Positions 1-14,002 of a stretch of 64,000 bases of DNA are shown piece after piece (the first letter of the stretch is position 1; every line of letters starts with the position of its first letter). This DNA comes from the human T2T-CHM13v2.0 reference genome, Homo sapiens: the NCBI RefSeq assembly GCF_009914755.1, contig NC_060931.1; one strand, 5' to 3'. The notes below the pieces were generated by a model. That model was given only the letters and a program-made list of their open reading frames with translations, was not told the origin of the DNA and made no database searches. A program made the translations under genes and the position numbers.

Positions 1-342
1 TAAACTCAGTACCTAATCCTGTGAAAGCTTAGCCAGAATCACACAATTCCAACAATCCCTCCAGTTTTTCTTGTATAAAATTACTCAGGCCTCGTCATTG
101 CTGACATGCTTCTGATTATAGATATCTAAATGAATTCCTGAAGGAGTATAAGGACTTTCTCTCCTGTGGCTGTCTCCCGCTGATCCTTTAGTCTAAGAAG
201 TTTGTTCTTCGTCGGTCCATTCCTGCAATCAGTGTTGGCCTCTGATGCACAAGTCTGTGGTGAATGAATTCATAGAGTATTCTTTTTGTGCAAGCAATCT
301 AGGAAGTACTCGGCATTTCTCTTTTGCTGATGGGGTTTCTTC

Positions 343-440
343 TTAGTTCTTGCTGGCTGCCCATCTCCACCCTCTGCTGTGAGACCTTCCCTTAGAAGCC
401 ATAAAGCAGTTCTTTAGTCTCAAATCAGAGTCCACATCTC
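343..440 (-). other. Candidate downstream exon segment of a minus-strand transcript (acceptor to in-frame TAA)
   Basis: Minus strand reads ...ctaagctgctcactgttgttAG|GAGATGTG at 441/440. It is in phase with the 3622 donor and open to TAA at 345-343. The polypyrimidine tract is weak. Confidence 0.25.
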
Positions 441-964
441 CTAACAACAGTGAGCAGCTTAGGTAAAGCTACATGACTTACATCCTGTTTATTTATTTAT
501 TTATTCATTATTCTTTCATCTATTTATTTTTTTCTTGGTCCGACCAAGTTTGCCAAATTGTTATGTGCCAGGTTAGTAAAGAAGTTTTTTTTTTTTTTTT
601 CTTTCAGAACCCAGCAATAGATTGAAGTCCTTTTGCTTTGCAATAAATGTTATCCTCACTTGTTTAACACATCTTCCCACTAAGGAGCTTCAAAGACCCA
701 AAGAAAGTGAGCAGATTTATTTTCCCCTCATTCTCTCTGTTCCCTATTGTAACTATCCTCCAGGGCTAGAAAAGGAGCAAGACTAGGTTTACTAAATCCT
801 CCCCTCTAATTCTATCTAAGCCTTAATTAAGTGAGCTGAGATATCCTTTTCATCCTGTGAATAAACTCTAGGAAATGGCTCCTCTGGCCTTGAGCTGGAT
901 ATGAGAAACAAGAAAAGCAAAAGGAATTAGCTAATCTTTTCTACTGCCTTGCCAAGAGATCTAG

Positions 965-1091
965 TACCAGCCTTCTCCCTGACTGGATAGATGTTGGAAT
1001 GACATACAGTTTAATAAAGAAATTAATACCAGCCTTCTCCCTGACTGGATAGATGTTGCAATGACATACAGTTTAATAAAGAAATTAATAC
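965..1091. repeat. 62-bp tandem duplication (2 copies)
   Basis: taccagccttctccctgactgg...gaaattaa starts at 965 and 1027, with one mismatch (gttgga/gttgca) and 'tac' microhomology. Confidence 0.95.
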
Positions 1092-1469
1092 ACGACAGGT
1101 TTTGAAGGAGACATTCCAAGAAAGAAGAACGTATTACCCTATTGATTGAGGTGAATATTCAAAGCCAGCAATAACCAGGAGCATGGGTGAAGTATAAGCC
1201 GCAACAGGCATCCCATCAGCCTGTCAACAGAAAGTTCAGGGCACAGCAACACTGAAGACACAAGGACCAACAATGGCATAAGCCATATCTTCAACAGAAA
1301 ATCAGGTGCAACAGACTGATAACAGAGTGTCATGGCCTTGAGAATAAACCCTATCTAGTTCGTTTCCTGAAGAGAAAGGAGAGTGAGGCAACCAACTGGA
1401 AGAGGTGGTAGGATCAGCAGCCCAGCATGATGAGTAAGCATGTCTTGAGAATTTTCAAAACATTTACAA

Positions 1470-1632
1470 AATGGTTCTTAGCCTTGACTACACCTTAGTG
1501 CCACCTTGGAGCACTTTCAATGATCCAGGTGCCCAGGCAGTGCCCTATGACATCAGAATCTCTGGTTATAAGACTCATAGTTTTAAAACTCCCTAGGTGA
1601 TTCCAATGTACAGCCAAGTTTGAGAACCACTG
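1470..1632. mobile_element. MER5A-like hAT-Charlie MITE
   Basis: Termini tggttct...gagaaccactg; internal 'ccctaggtgattccaatgtacagccaagtttgagaaccactg' is typical of MER5A. Confidence 0.75.
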
Positions 1633-3621
1633 CACCAGAGGAAGAAAGCTAAACAGAGACTGGAAATTCTGCTTTTATGAAATTGAGGGCTATTATACTA
1701 TCATAATCTCTTTTTAACGTGGACACAATTTTTTTACAAACTATAAGATATTATACTATGGTTATTATTTCTCTAAAGTTTATGTGTAAGAGGTATAAGG
1801 GGCTTTTGCTTAGGTTGTCCAGTATTTCTCCAGACCTGTGGATCTCTTTCATATTATTTTCCAGACTACTCCAGTGAGGATAGAGAAATGAGAAAATTTT
1901 GGCTAAAAAATAACAAAAATGGATCTGAAAAATTAAATTACAAGCTAGAGGCTACATGGATCTTAAAAGAGTTGTTGGTGTTTTGTTTTGTTTTTGTAGA
2001 ACTCACAACTAAACTTTTCACCTCCATCAATTAAAAGAAAAAAAATCTCTTTCCATTTGCAAACAACCAAAGCTCTAAGCTCTGGGTTTATGAAAATTGA
2101 ATTATGTGTAATACTGTTCCAGCTATCAATTAGACAAGAAGTCATCATTAAGAAGTTCTGCGAAAAAAAATCACTCACATTTGCAAATCAACCGAGTATT
2201 TCATTGCAAACGTAAATGGGAAAGTGTTTGCTTAATTAATGTTTTCTCCAAGGGAACTAGAAAACTCTATTATCTGATTTTCAACACAGGCCCAAGCATT
2301 GTTTATCATTGTATACTGTCCCTTTAAAAATGGCATTTTTCTAATGCTAAAATGATGTTAGCTTGTGTATTAATTCAGATATTTCACTGGTGATGTCAGC
2401 CTGACAGCATGCATGGTGAGAAAGCATTACACACTGCCTAATGGGAATGTAATCCTGGAGGAGATAGATAGACATAAATTGCACTTTTGGGTCCATGACA
2501 ACCATCACTAGGAAAATGGATATTATTAACAAATTTTGGAAAGGTTAGTAAGCCTTGTGTGTGTAAGAATATTTAAAAGACATGATAAAACGCAGGTACT
2601 GGATACAAAATAAGAGATGCAAAGAACAGGGAAGACCTTTGGTAGAGTGTATTGGCAAGCAAGCATCTGGTTTTAACATCCAGGGATAATATTTTGCAAC
2701 AGATCACAGTAAAACATATAAAACCTTTAAAGCCTCCCAACAAAATCTTTCAGACTTTTCTGCCAACTCCCACTCAGAATTACAGAGTATTTTGACCTAG
2801 ATGGGATTTTTAGATATCAGGAAATATTATATTGGAATAATACCTACTCTCCTTCAGTTGCACTTTTGCCAGTTACTTGCTATCAGATATTGGACAAATT
2901 ATTTAAACTATCTGACTGCACTAAGGTTGTGACGATTAAACAAATAACATGTCTTACTCATAGATGATGCTCCAGAAATGTTAGTTGAGTAATTCACAGA
3001 TTAAGATTTGAGTGACTACTTTTTGGCAACACAACTAGCCATTGGCAGAACTGGGACCAGAACCACAGACTTCTGGCTCCTTTAAAATATTTTCAGTTTT
3101 CCTCCTCTCTTCTAAAAATCAGAGGCAATGTTATGATTCTTAAGGTTTCTTAGAATTTGTCACAAGACTCCCAAACTCTTTGGAAGGAAAGAGACCACTA
3201 AGTGACTTTTACATAAGATGCCTGCTGATACCAGTATAGATAATTCTCAAATTCTTTAAAATTAGAGCTTTGAAGTCATGAAGGAATATTTTGAATCCTT
3301 AACCAATGTGGTTTTAATTTTGAATTTTTCCCCACATAACCCTTCTCCTCATTTCAGGGAGACATAGTATTTTAGTTTCACTGCCTCAAGAAAGGAAAGA
3401 TACAGCAAAAAAGAAAAGAAATAAATAAAACAATGAGAAATAAGTAAGGACTCATGTTGTGGATTTCAAAATCTACTTTTGAATTCAAGGGAGCCCCAAC
3501 TACCTTAAGACAAAAGACTTAAATTGCATGGTAAGGGTTTTTTTCAGCATTAAGAGTTAAATTCCTGACTTAAAATAACTAACAGAGAAAAATACATAAC
3601 TTTAGAATTAATTTTCCTTAC

Positions 3622-3804
3622 CTGGTAAATCTCGATAAAGCACCACAGAAGTTACAAGATACAGTAAGAAAAGAAAGATAGCCATGGACCAGTGTCCTCT
3701 TGAATTAGAGATTATTCTGACTGCACTCCTGGGTAGAGTGACAGAGCATCCAGCTTTCTGATTGGAATACTTTAAACATTTAGAACACTCCCAAAACCAT
3801 GACC
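3622..3804 (-). other. Candidate internal exon (183 nt) of a minus-strand, probably lncRNA, transcript
   Basis: Strong donor CAG|GTAAGG at 3622/3621. Acceptor ...taactcac...tattcacAG|G at 3805/3804 with a branch-like motif. Lies in non-repeat sequence. Confidence 0.4.
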
Positions 3805-4119
3805 CTGTGAATACATAGTGATGTTTACGTGAGTTATTTGGCTGATGGACACGAGGCCCAGAGGCCCTGTAAACCTCAATAGGTTCTAGGAGTGAGCAGA
3901 CAAGTCATTTTATACCACATGTATTGCACATGAGTGGCACAGTCGGGACTTAGAGAACCAGCAGTCTGCAGAGGGAGGGATGAGGAAGCCGCTGTGGAAT
4001 GCGTCACATTACCTTCCAAATATAATACAATAGCTTCAGCTTGTGCTGATGTGGAGGCTTATATGGAAGGAGTAGACAGCAGGAGAGCCTGCCGAGCACA
4101 GAGATTCCAAGCTGAAGTT

Positions 4120-4340
4120 CCAGAGTTCCAGTATTGCGTTCAAACTCCAGCTCTGTTTCTTAAGTGCTGCATAAACCTGGCCCAGTTTTTAAACTCTGTG
4201 CATCAGTTTTCCTATCTATAAAATGCACATTGTAATAATAGTACTTACTTCACGGGCTGTTATGAAGGCTGGGTGAATTCAGATATGTAAAGGACCTAGC
4301 ATAGGGTTATATGAGTGTTTCATATATGTTAGCTATTTTT
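4120..4340 (+). mobile_element. MIR SINE
   Basis: MIR core 'ttcaaactccagctctg...ctctgtgcatcagttttcctatctataaaatg...aataatagtacttacttcacgggctgttatgaagg'. Confidence 0.8.
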
Positions 4341-4603
4341 ATTCTTAATGGTCATCTCAGCAGATGCTAGCTATGGATAGATGTAATGCAAGGACTAGAT
4401 TCTTGCAGCTTGCTTTTACCACGTTCCATTAGACTGCTTTTATTCCCTTACATTTAGAATCTATGCCACAGTGGGGCAGTGGGGATAGGAATAGGAAGGA
4501 GCCCTAAGCTTACTAAAATAGGAAAAATTTGAAGGGACCCTATCTGCTAAGGTTCAGTTTTCTGCTATGAGGTACAATTATAAATTAAATTCAGTGTATA
4601 CAA

Positions 4604-4636
4604 ACACACACACACACACACACATACACACATACA
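4604..4636. repeat. (CA)n microsatellite
   Basis: Direct reading. Confidence 0.9.
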
Positions 4637-4717
4637 CTTTCATTTCATAAACATCTAAGTAATCTAAGTGTATGGTCTATGAAATTCATACCATCCAAAA
4701 CTGAAAGTTTTTAACTG

Positions 4718-4798
4718 AAAATTCCTCTTAAGTATGACAGGAAGACGTTTATATCAATCGGTAACAAATGTCTTCCTGTCATACTTAAAAGGAATTTT
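4718..4798. repeat. Inverted repeat: 33-bp arms, 15-nt loop
   Basis: 4718-4750 is the reverse complement of 4766-4798 with 2 differences. Confidence 0.95.
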
Positions 4799-4810
4799 AG
4801 GCATCTGATT

Positions 4811-4829
4811 ACACACACACAGACACACA

Positions 4830-4866
<37 letters not shown>
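4811..4866. repeat. (CA)n microsatellite
   Basis: Direct reading. Confidence 0.9.
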
Positions 4867-4868
<2 letters not shown>

Positions 4869-4883
4869 ATAAATTTGCAATTT

Positions 4884-5185
<302 letters not shown>

Positions 5186-6116
5186 TTACAATTTGATGTT
5201 TTTATAGCAAAGATAATTAAGTATTTTGCTAAGTAATTAAATAATAAAGTAGTAGTATAGATTTGGAGCCAGGATTTTCTCAATATTATTGTTTATAAAA
5301 TAATCTGTTTCATAACCATTTTAATGGACTAGCAGTTAATAGTAAATGACCATTGTCTGTCCATTGGTAACTCAACAGAGAGTAAGGTCACATTTGATTT
5401 ATCTTGCCATGAATTTTATCATTACTTTTGATTCTGATTAAATAAAAGCAAAAGAATACTAATGGACAAGAAATTGAAATGTGTTAATCCAGAAAGACTA
5501 TACACAGAAATATCAGAAATTAGTTATGTTTTGCTAAGCATGCTTACCATTTTAAGAATCTAATATTTTAACTGGAAAAGTCCTGAGACTTTCAGACTAA
5601 ATAAAGCAGTATAGAAAATGTCAAGTTGCCTTTATTCTTTATGAGTGGAAAGTGTGAGTGCATCTATTCATTTGTGTGTCTAACAGCAATTCTGTGAACA
5701 CCTTAACTACAAAGACAGATGTCAGTGCTTGAAAGCTTGGCTTTGAGACTATGAAGATTATTGCTTTCTGAGGCATTCAAAGTGGAAAAGAAATTATGTT
5801 CACCAAAACTCAGAAAATGAAGCCATTTTAAAGAAAGGAAGGTGGAGAAACAAAACATATGTTTCATATGTTTAATTTAAACTTGTCATTTGTCTACCAA
5901 ATAATCCTCTCTTTTCATTCCCCTTCTTTATCTCTTTCCTCCTTTTCCTTCCCTTTCCCAGCAGCCTGACTTTAGACTCTATCTGTGCGAACAGCTACAC
6001 TATACTACATTAAGATGGAAGGCTTTAAAGGGCAAATCACTTCTATGTTACCTATGAAGAATTTTACAGCTCTAGTTCATCCTACAACCAGACATGAGAA
6101 AGGGAATATGATGTAA

Positions 6117-6472
<356 letters not shown>

Positions 6473-7594
6473 TAAGAGGTAGTAGCTCAACACCTACAAA
6501 TGACTACAGACATTAATGTATTGATTCATTCTATAGATAAATATTGATCAGTTATGCATGTCAGAGGGAATTCTATGACATGATGATGTTAAATCTTTTC
6601 AGTGAAGTTCTTACAGGCTCAGTCTTAGTACACATACATAAAAGTGGAGATTATGTATCAGTTTAATTGGATGCTATAAAACCTCAGCCATTCCTATGTA
6701 TTTCTTGTTTCATATTCAATACTTTGTCATGGAGAATGTGAAAAATATGGAGCAAAATGTCTGTTAGCCTCTTTGACACAAAGAAGTCAAATATTGGATG
6801 ATAGCTGTAATCAAAAGAACAGGGAAAGAAAAGTCACAGGTGAGCAACTAGGCATAAACAGGATAGTAAGCGCTGGATTTCAGGCTGCAGTTTCGAGGGG
6901 CAGGGGACAGGTCCATTATTTGCAGCACTCTTCTGCTCAAGATTTTCCAGTGGTCAGCACACAGGAAGTAATAGGCCTTGGACTTCTCTTCCTACTATAA
7001 CAACTAGAAAACCCAACAAATTATATAAAATAAACATTTTTAGATGTTAGACAATAGGCAGGGCAGGGCTATTATTCCTAGAATTAGGGAAACAAATTGC
7101 AGTATCTTTATGCCTGGAGACAGTTTCTAGAATGCAACACAGGGAGGGGAAACCCAAACAGAAATCAGTGATTTTGCTCTGTTGACTACATGAGGATTCG
7201 ACTTACAGGATGCTGAGGTGACTAGAATTTACAAGGTAGAAAATGCAAGATGAGAGACATATACAGAGAAATAGTTCCAATAATCTGTTTAGGGACCTCT
7301 GAATTTTTAGTGGATTGCATTCTGCACAGAAGAGTCAAACCCCAAAAGGCAGGCAAAGAACATCTAAGGAAAGAGCAATGACAAGGGAATTATAAGCCAA
7401 ACAAGTCCCAAGAATCACACAACACTGGGAATTATTCTAGCTCTAACCATGCAGAGTAGGGATGAATCAATACGTGGAACACTGTGTAGAGACCCCAGAA
7501 GGTAATGCCTTTATATTAGGGCTAAATTAAATACTGCTCTAGACCTGCCCTAAAAAAATATTTAAAAGGTTTTTAAAAAGTAGCTTTGAAAAAC

Positions 7595-7699
7595 CTTTAT
7601 TTGAAGAGCAATGGACATTGTTAGGTAGTTATTTGTCAATTAGTTGTTAATTAGTTGACAAATAACTGCCTAACAATGTCCATCACTCTTTAAATAAAG
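7595..7699. repeat. Inverted repeat: 51-bp arms, 3-nt loop
   Basis: 7595-7645 versus the reverse complement of 7649-7699: 6 mismatches, no gaps. Confidence 0.93.
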
Positions 7700-8366
7700 A
7701 CAATAAATGTCAACACTTAACAACATAACATTCACAAAAAACCTAATGAAAAAATTACACATATGAAGAATCAGAAAAATGAGATTTACAACAAGACATA
7801 GTCATCAATATAAATATTTCCAAAAATGACAAAAATGCGGGTATTTGTGAACAAGTACTGTAAAATCTATTATAAACATGCTCAGAGATTTAAAGAAAAA
7901 CATGAACATAATGAGAAGTGGAAAATATATAAAATAACCAAATATAATTACTAAAAATGAAAAATAATACACCTGAAGTAACAAACTCACTGGCTAAGTT
8001 TAAAATAAGATTAGATTTGGCAGAAAAAAAAATCAGTAAACTTGAAAACATACTATCAAAAACTATCCAAAAGGAAGTAGAGAGAATGAAAGAGAAAAAG
8101 TACAGGAAAAATGACTTATGAGACAAGATTAACAGCTGGAAGGAGTTATGGTAAGAAAAAAAAATTAAAGAAATTATAGCCAAGATTTTTCCAAATTTGG
8201 TGAATTTAAGCCCATGGACCCAAGAAGTTAAATGACAATCACACAGATGAAACATGCAGGTAACTACACCAAGGCACATTATAGTTAAATTAAATATAGA
8301 GAGAGAAAGAGAATGAGAGAAATCCTTAAAAGCAGCAAGAGAAAAAAAAAAAAAAAAAACATCAAG

Positions 8367-8557
8367 TAGGGGTAAACAAACTGTGGTCCATGTGCCAAAT
8401 TTGGCCTGTGTCCTGTTCTTACAGTACTCAAAAGCTAAGAATATTTTTATATTTCTTTAAAAAAGAAGAATATGTAACAGTGTCATTATGTGACCCCTGC
8501 AAAACCTGAAAATCTTTACTATCTTGACCTTTACAGAAAAATATCATCAACCTTTGG
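8367..8557. mobile_element. MER58-family hAT-Charlie MITE
   Basis: 'ggggtaaacaaactgtggtcc...tttactatcttgacctttacagaaaaa' resembles the MER58 ends. Confidence 0.7.
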
Positions 8558-9574
8558 TATGAAGGAATAACGATAACATTTAAGGTAGACTTTTCTTCAT
8601 AAACTATCCAAACCAGAATAAGATGGAAAAAACATATTTAAAGGGCTGAAAGAATAAAACTTCCAGCCTAGAATGCTTTGCATGGTGAATATCTTTCACT
8701 GGAGTCCAAATAAAAAAAGTCTTCGGAACAACAAAGCTAAAAGAATGTGTTCTTTGCATATCTGCACTGTAAGAAATGGCAAACGATTTTCTTCGAGCAG
8801 AGGAAAAGCTATTCCATATGAAAACACGGATCTATGCAAAGAAATGAGTGCCAAAATGGATAAATGTGGGGGAGATAGGAATTTTTTCCTGTTGTTAAAT
8901 GTATTTAAAGATAATTGGGAAGAAAAAGGGTCAACTCCTTCTTATAGATGAATTTCAATTAATAAATATAAAAGTAAAGGAAACATAATATCACCATTAG
9001 AGCAATGTAGTAATCATTGGAGGCAAGATCCAGCAGTAAATGCTGATCAGAAGACAAATGCTGAAATCAGAAAACAAAAGTCTGAGAAACAGTGCATTTA
9101 ATAGCTTTAACGTATCTCACTCTGAATACGTATTAATTACAAAAGGAAAAATGTTAACAGTGAAAAAATTTGGGAGACACCACCTTAACCAAGTGGTAAA
9201 TGTTAATATAACCACGAATAAGACACAAACACCATGCACCCTTGATATGATGCCTGAAAACAGACAACACCTCTGTAATACTTTCTTCAACATCCATAGC
9301 CTCTTTCTAATAGAAAGAAAGCAGCAGAGATACAAAAATTGAAACACATTTTATAACATATCAGGTCATGCTCTTTGAAAGTGTTAAGATCATGAAAAAG
9401 ATAAGGAAAAGATTGGAGGAGACTAAGAAAAGAGGAGAACTAAATGTAATGTGGCATCCTGGATTGGATCCCAGAATAGAAAAGGAACATTTGTGGAAAA
9501 ATGAATGAAATGAGAAAACTGATGAAATGAGAAATGTAGTTTAGTTAATAATTTTGTACCAAAGTTAATTTCAT

Positions 9575-9699
9575 GGCCAGGTGCAGTGGCTCACACCTGT
9601 AATCCCAACATTTTGGGAGGCTGATGAGCAGGAGGGTTCCTTAGGCTAGGAGTTGGACATCAGCCTGGGCAACATAATGAGACTCTGTCTCTACCAAAA
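9575..9699 (+). mobile_element. FLAM (free left Alu monomer)
   Basis: Monomeric Alu ending ...gtctctaccaaaa; TSD aaagtta(a/g)tttc at 9561 and 9700. Confidence 0.85.
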
Positions 9700-10112
9700 A
9701 AAGTTAGTTTCTTAGTTTCAATAATTGTACAGTATTTATGCAACATGTTAATATTAGAGGAAGCTGGGTAAAAGCTATAAAGGAGCTCTCTGTACTGTCT
9801 TTGCAACTTTTCTGTAAGTATAAATTGTTTTAAAATATATAGGGAAAATGTTAAATGAGAGTTTAAAGCAAAATTAAATAATGTATTGTAGGGTTTGCAG
9901 TCCACTTTGGATAGCTCAAAGAACAGAAATAGTGACATGGTGTCCCTCTAGCCAGACTGCTTCATTTTATATGCTTGTTCTCCCAATCAGTTGCTATACA
10001 AGCTAGGACAAATTATTTAACTGTCTCAGTTTCTCATTGACGGAATTCTCTCCGTTGGAAGAGTTAAATTCACTGCTAGACATAACTATCTTAATATGTG
10101 ACTTCCCAGCAC

Positions 10113-10113
<1 letters not shown>

Positions 10114-10146
<33 letters not shown>

Positions 10147-10222
10147 CATAGATATGTATCTATACATATATGTATAGATATGTATATATATTTATCATTT
10201 GTAATTTTTCATTTTTCACGTG

Positions 10223-10257
<35 letters not shown>

Positions 10258-10264
10258 GCATATA
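10114..10264. repeat. Compound (TG)n/(TA)n microsatellite
   Basis: Direct reading. Confidence 0.85.
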
Positions 10265-11429
10265 CCCCCCTGGCAAATGATAAATTACTTTATTAGGGTA
10301 AATATATGAGAAAAAAATAGCAATGTAAAAGTACAAATAAGAAATGCCATAGCCTGTTACTACTGGATCCTTCAAAAGTAAATTAACTAAATTGCATTGC
10401 TTGTTGGAGGCAAGCAAACAGACACACACACACACTCACACTCACACACCAAAAAGTTTAGTAAATTTTAATTCAGAATACCTATTTTAGGTGGAATGCT
10501 TATGGAAGATACATTTTCTAATAAGCAAAATAAATGACTCAAAACAGCCTTACCACAAAAAGCTTATCTTCCTAGCATCATAATCAGACACATAAAATAA
10601 AATCATAATTAGAGTTATACTATAAATTCAAGTAATGTTTGTCCTTACACTATATTCACAGCAAACCTGGAACCAAATTTCTTGAGACAAAAAAATACAA
10701 TGGCCTGAAACTCAGGAACATTATTCTGACAAGCAGAAGTGGAATATGTTTCAATTCCTATTTGACAGGGCAGATAAACATTCCATAGACAAAATTGCCA
10801 TTTCATTCTAATTTGCAGGCATTTATCAATGCCTCATTGCACGAATGTCCTTCCACCTTTTCAAGTAGGAATGACGGTATAGATTTCCATATTAGCTTTT
10901 ATGGAAAATCATAGCAAATGTCCTTTACTATTACTTTACTTGATATACAGGTCAGTATGCAATTTTTAAAAATCCTTATGCCTTCCCCTTGTCTTATAGT
11001 TATGTCTCATTAAATCTTTCACCTTTATAATGATGTCATCATAACATTTTCCCCAACACCTGAAAGAATGAGTAATTTGCAACAGCTGTCATTTACTGTT
11101 AGTACCCACAATTCTGAAAAATCTATTCACACACAACTATTAAAAATTTAAAGTTGTTTAAGGAAGTATTATTTAGGCCATATCTTCATGAAGACAAGAC
11201 AATGAAATAGACAATAACACTAAAAAGGAATATATGTTATTTCCTGAGAAATTGTGATGCCTGAAGTAATCACACAATTTCATTATTCTTATCTCTTTAC
11301 ATAATTTTTTATGTAAATATGTACTACAAAAATGAAAAAAATACTATACCACATTACTCTAGGGTCAAAATGACATAATTGCAACCCCAAATACAATGCA
11401 TAGCAATTTTAAGCACAATAAATGAATGA

Positions 11430-11816
<387 letters not shown>

Positions 11817-12584
11817 TAACACTAAAGATAAAATAAAGTTGGGAAACAAAAAAAAATTAAATATTTTTAGATTACGTATGGTCCCTATAAGGTGTTTTAA
11901 AAATACAAAACAATGAGCTAACTGAAAGGTGATGGGTTTTTGATAATTTGTGGAGTGGTGATTTACTTCAAAATAATATATGTATTTTCAAGTTGTTTAG
12001 GGAACTTGATATGTGCATTACGTATATTTACATGAATATTTGTTATCAGATGCAGGTAACAAAACAACTACTATGTTTCATAAATAGGTTGTAAAATTTT
12101 AATTCTTTATCAATTTTTAAATTTGTAATTGTCATATTTATGGCGTACATTGTGATAACTCAATGTGTGTATACATTGTATAATGATCAAATCAGGGTAA
12201 TTACCATATCTATCACTTTGAACATTTATTATTTCTTTGTAGTGATAATATTTAAAATCTTTTCTTCTAGTTATCTTGAAATAATACTACATTATTTGCT
12301 ATAGTCATTCTAATGTGTAATAGAACACCAAAACTTATTCTTCCTAACTGTAACTTTGAACACATTAACCAACCTTTCCTGTTTTCTCCCCTCAACCTTC
12401 CCAAGCCTCTGATAACCACTATTCTACTCTCTCCTTCTATGAAATCAACTTTTTAAAATTTTGCATGTGAATGAGATCATGAAGTGTTTGTCTTTCTGTA
12501 CCTGGCTGATTTTTTACATAATGTCCTCCAGGTTCACCCATGTTAGCTTGCCATAAATGACAGGATTTCATTCTGTTTTATGAC

Positions 12585-12706
12585 TATATATATATATATA
12601 TATGTATGTGTATATATATATGTATATATATACATATATATACATATATATATACACACATATATACACATATATATATACACATATATATATATACTCA
12701 TACACA
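12585..12706. repeat. (TA)n/(TACA)n microsatellite within the L1
   Basis: Direct reading. Confidence 0.9.
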
Positions 12707-14002
12707 ATGGAACATTATTAATGTGATATATACATATCACATTTTATTTATCCATTCATCTGCAGATGGTCATTTAAGTAGACTCCATACCTTGACCATT
12801 ATAAATAGTGCTGCAATAAACATAAAAATGCAGATATTTCTTTATCATATTGATTTCATTTCCTTTGGATATATACCCAGAAATGATATTGCTAAATCAT
12901 ATGGTAATTCTGTTTTTAATTTTTTGAGAACCTCAATACTGTTCTAATTTGTATTCATGATGACTATACTAATTTACATTTCCATCAACAGTGCATAAGA
13001 GTTCCCATTTCTCCACATCCTTGCCAGCATTTATTATTTTTGTATCTCCCTGGTAATAACCACTTTAACTAGAGTAAAGTGATGTCTTACTGTGGTTTTC
13101 ATTTGCATTTCCATGATGATTAATGATGTTAAACATTTTTTTCATATATCTGTTGGCCATTTGTGTGCCTTCTTTTGAGATACATCTATTTAGAAATATT
13201 TTGCCCATTTTAAAAATCGATTATTATCATTTTTTGCTACTGAGTTGTTTGAGTTTCTTATATATTCTGGATATGAATCTCCTTCTGGATGAGTAGTTTG
13301 CAAATACTTTCTCCTAACATGTAAGTTGTCTCTTCACTCTATCGATTGTTTCCTTTGCTTTGCAAGAGCTTTTTAGTTTGACGTAATCCAATATTACTAA
13401 TTTTTGCTTCTGTTTCCTATGCTTTTGAGGTCTTATTTTAAAAAATCTTTTGACGAGTCCAATTTCATGAACCATATCCCCTGTGTTTTCCCATAGTAGG
13501 TTAATAGTTTGGGATCTTACATCTAAGTCTTTAAGTCATTTACAATTCATTTTTGTATATAGTGAGAGATAGGAATCTAGTCTCATTCTTCTGCATGTGG
13601 ATATCCAGTTTTCCTAGCACTATTTATTAAAGAAATTCCCCGCCCCCCCAATATCTGTACTTCATGCCTTTGTTAAATATCTGTTGACTGTAAATGCATA
13701 GATTTATTTCTGGGTTCTCCATTCAGGTTTCATTTGTCTATGCATCTTTTTTATCCAGTACCATGTTATTTTTGTTATTATAGCCTTGTAGTATATTTTG
13801 AAGTCATGTAGCATGATGCCTTCAGCTTTGTTCTTTTTGCTCAAGGTTGCTTTGGCTATCTGGGATCTTTTGCATTTCCATGTTCATTTTAAGATTGCTT
13901 TTCCTGTTTCTGTGAAGGATGTCACTGGTATTTTAATAGGGTTTGCACTAAATCTGTAGATCACTTTGGGTAATATGCATATTTTAGCAATATTAATCCT
14001 TC

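Larger units (their letters stand above)
6940..9840 (+). mobile_element. Old L1M (L1MC-like) remnant: 5'/ORF1 portion joined to 3' end
   Basis: A-rich ORF1-like decayed sequence at ~7850-8850. L1MC-type 3' end '...ctctctgtactgtctttgcaacttttctgtaag' at ~9790-9830. Interrupted by MER58 and FLAM. Confidence 0.7.

Noticed and set aside
85-192. Minus-strand frame ending ...IHLDIYNQKHVSNDEA* after ttcttAG
   Set aside because: Short, with no recognisable protein similarity and no independent support.
965-1091. Possible CRISPR-like direct repeats
   Set aside because: Only two adjacent copies with no spacer, in eukaryotic DNA with no cas genes.
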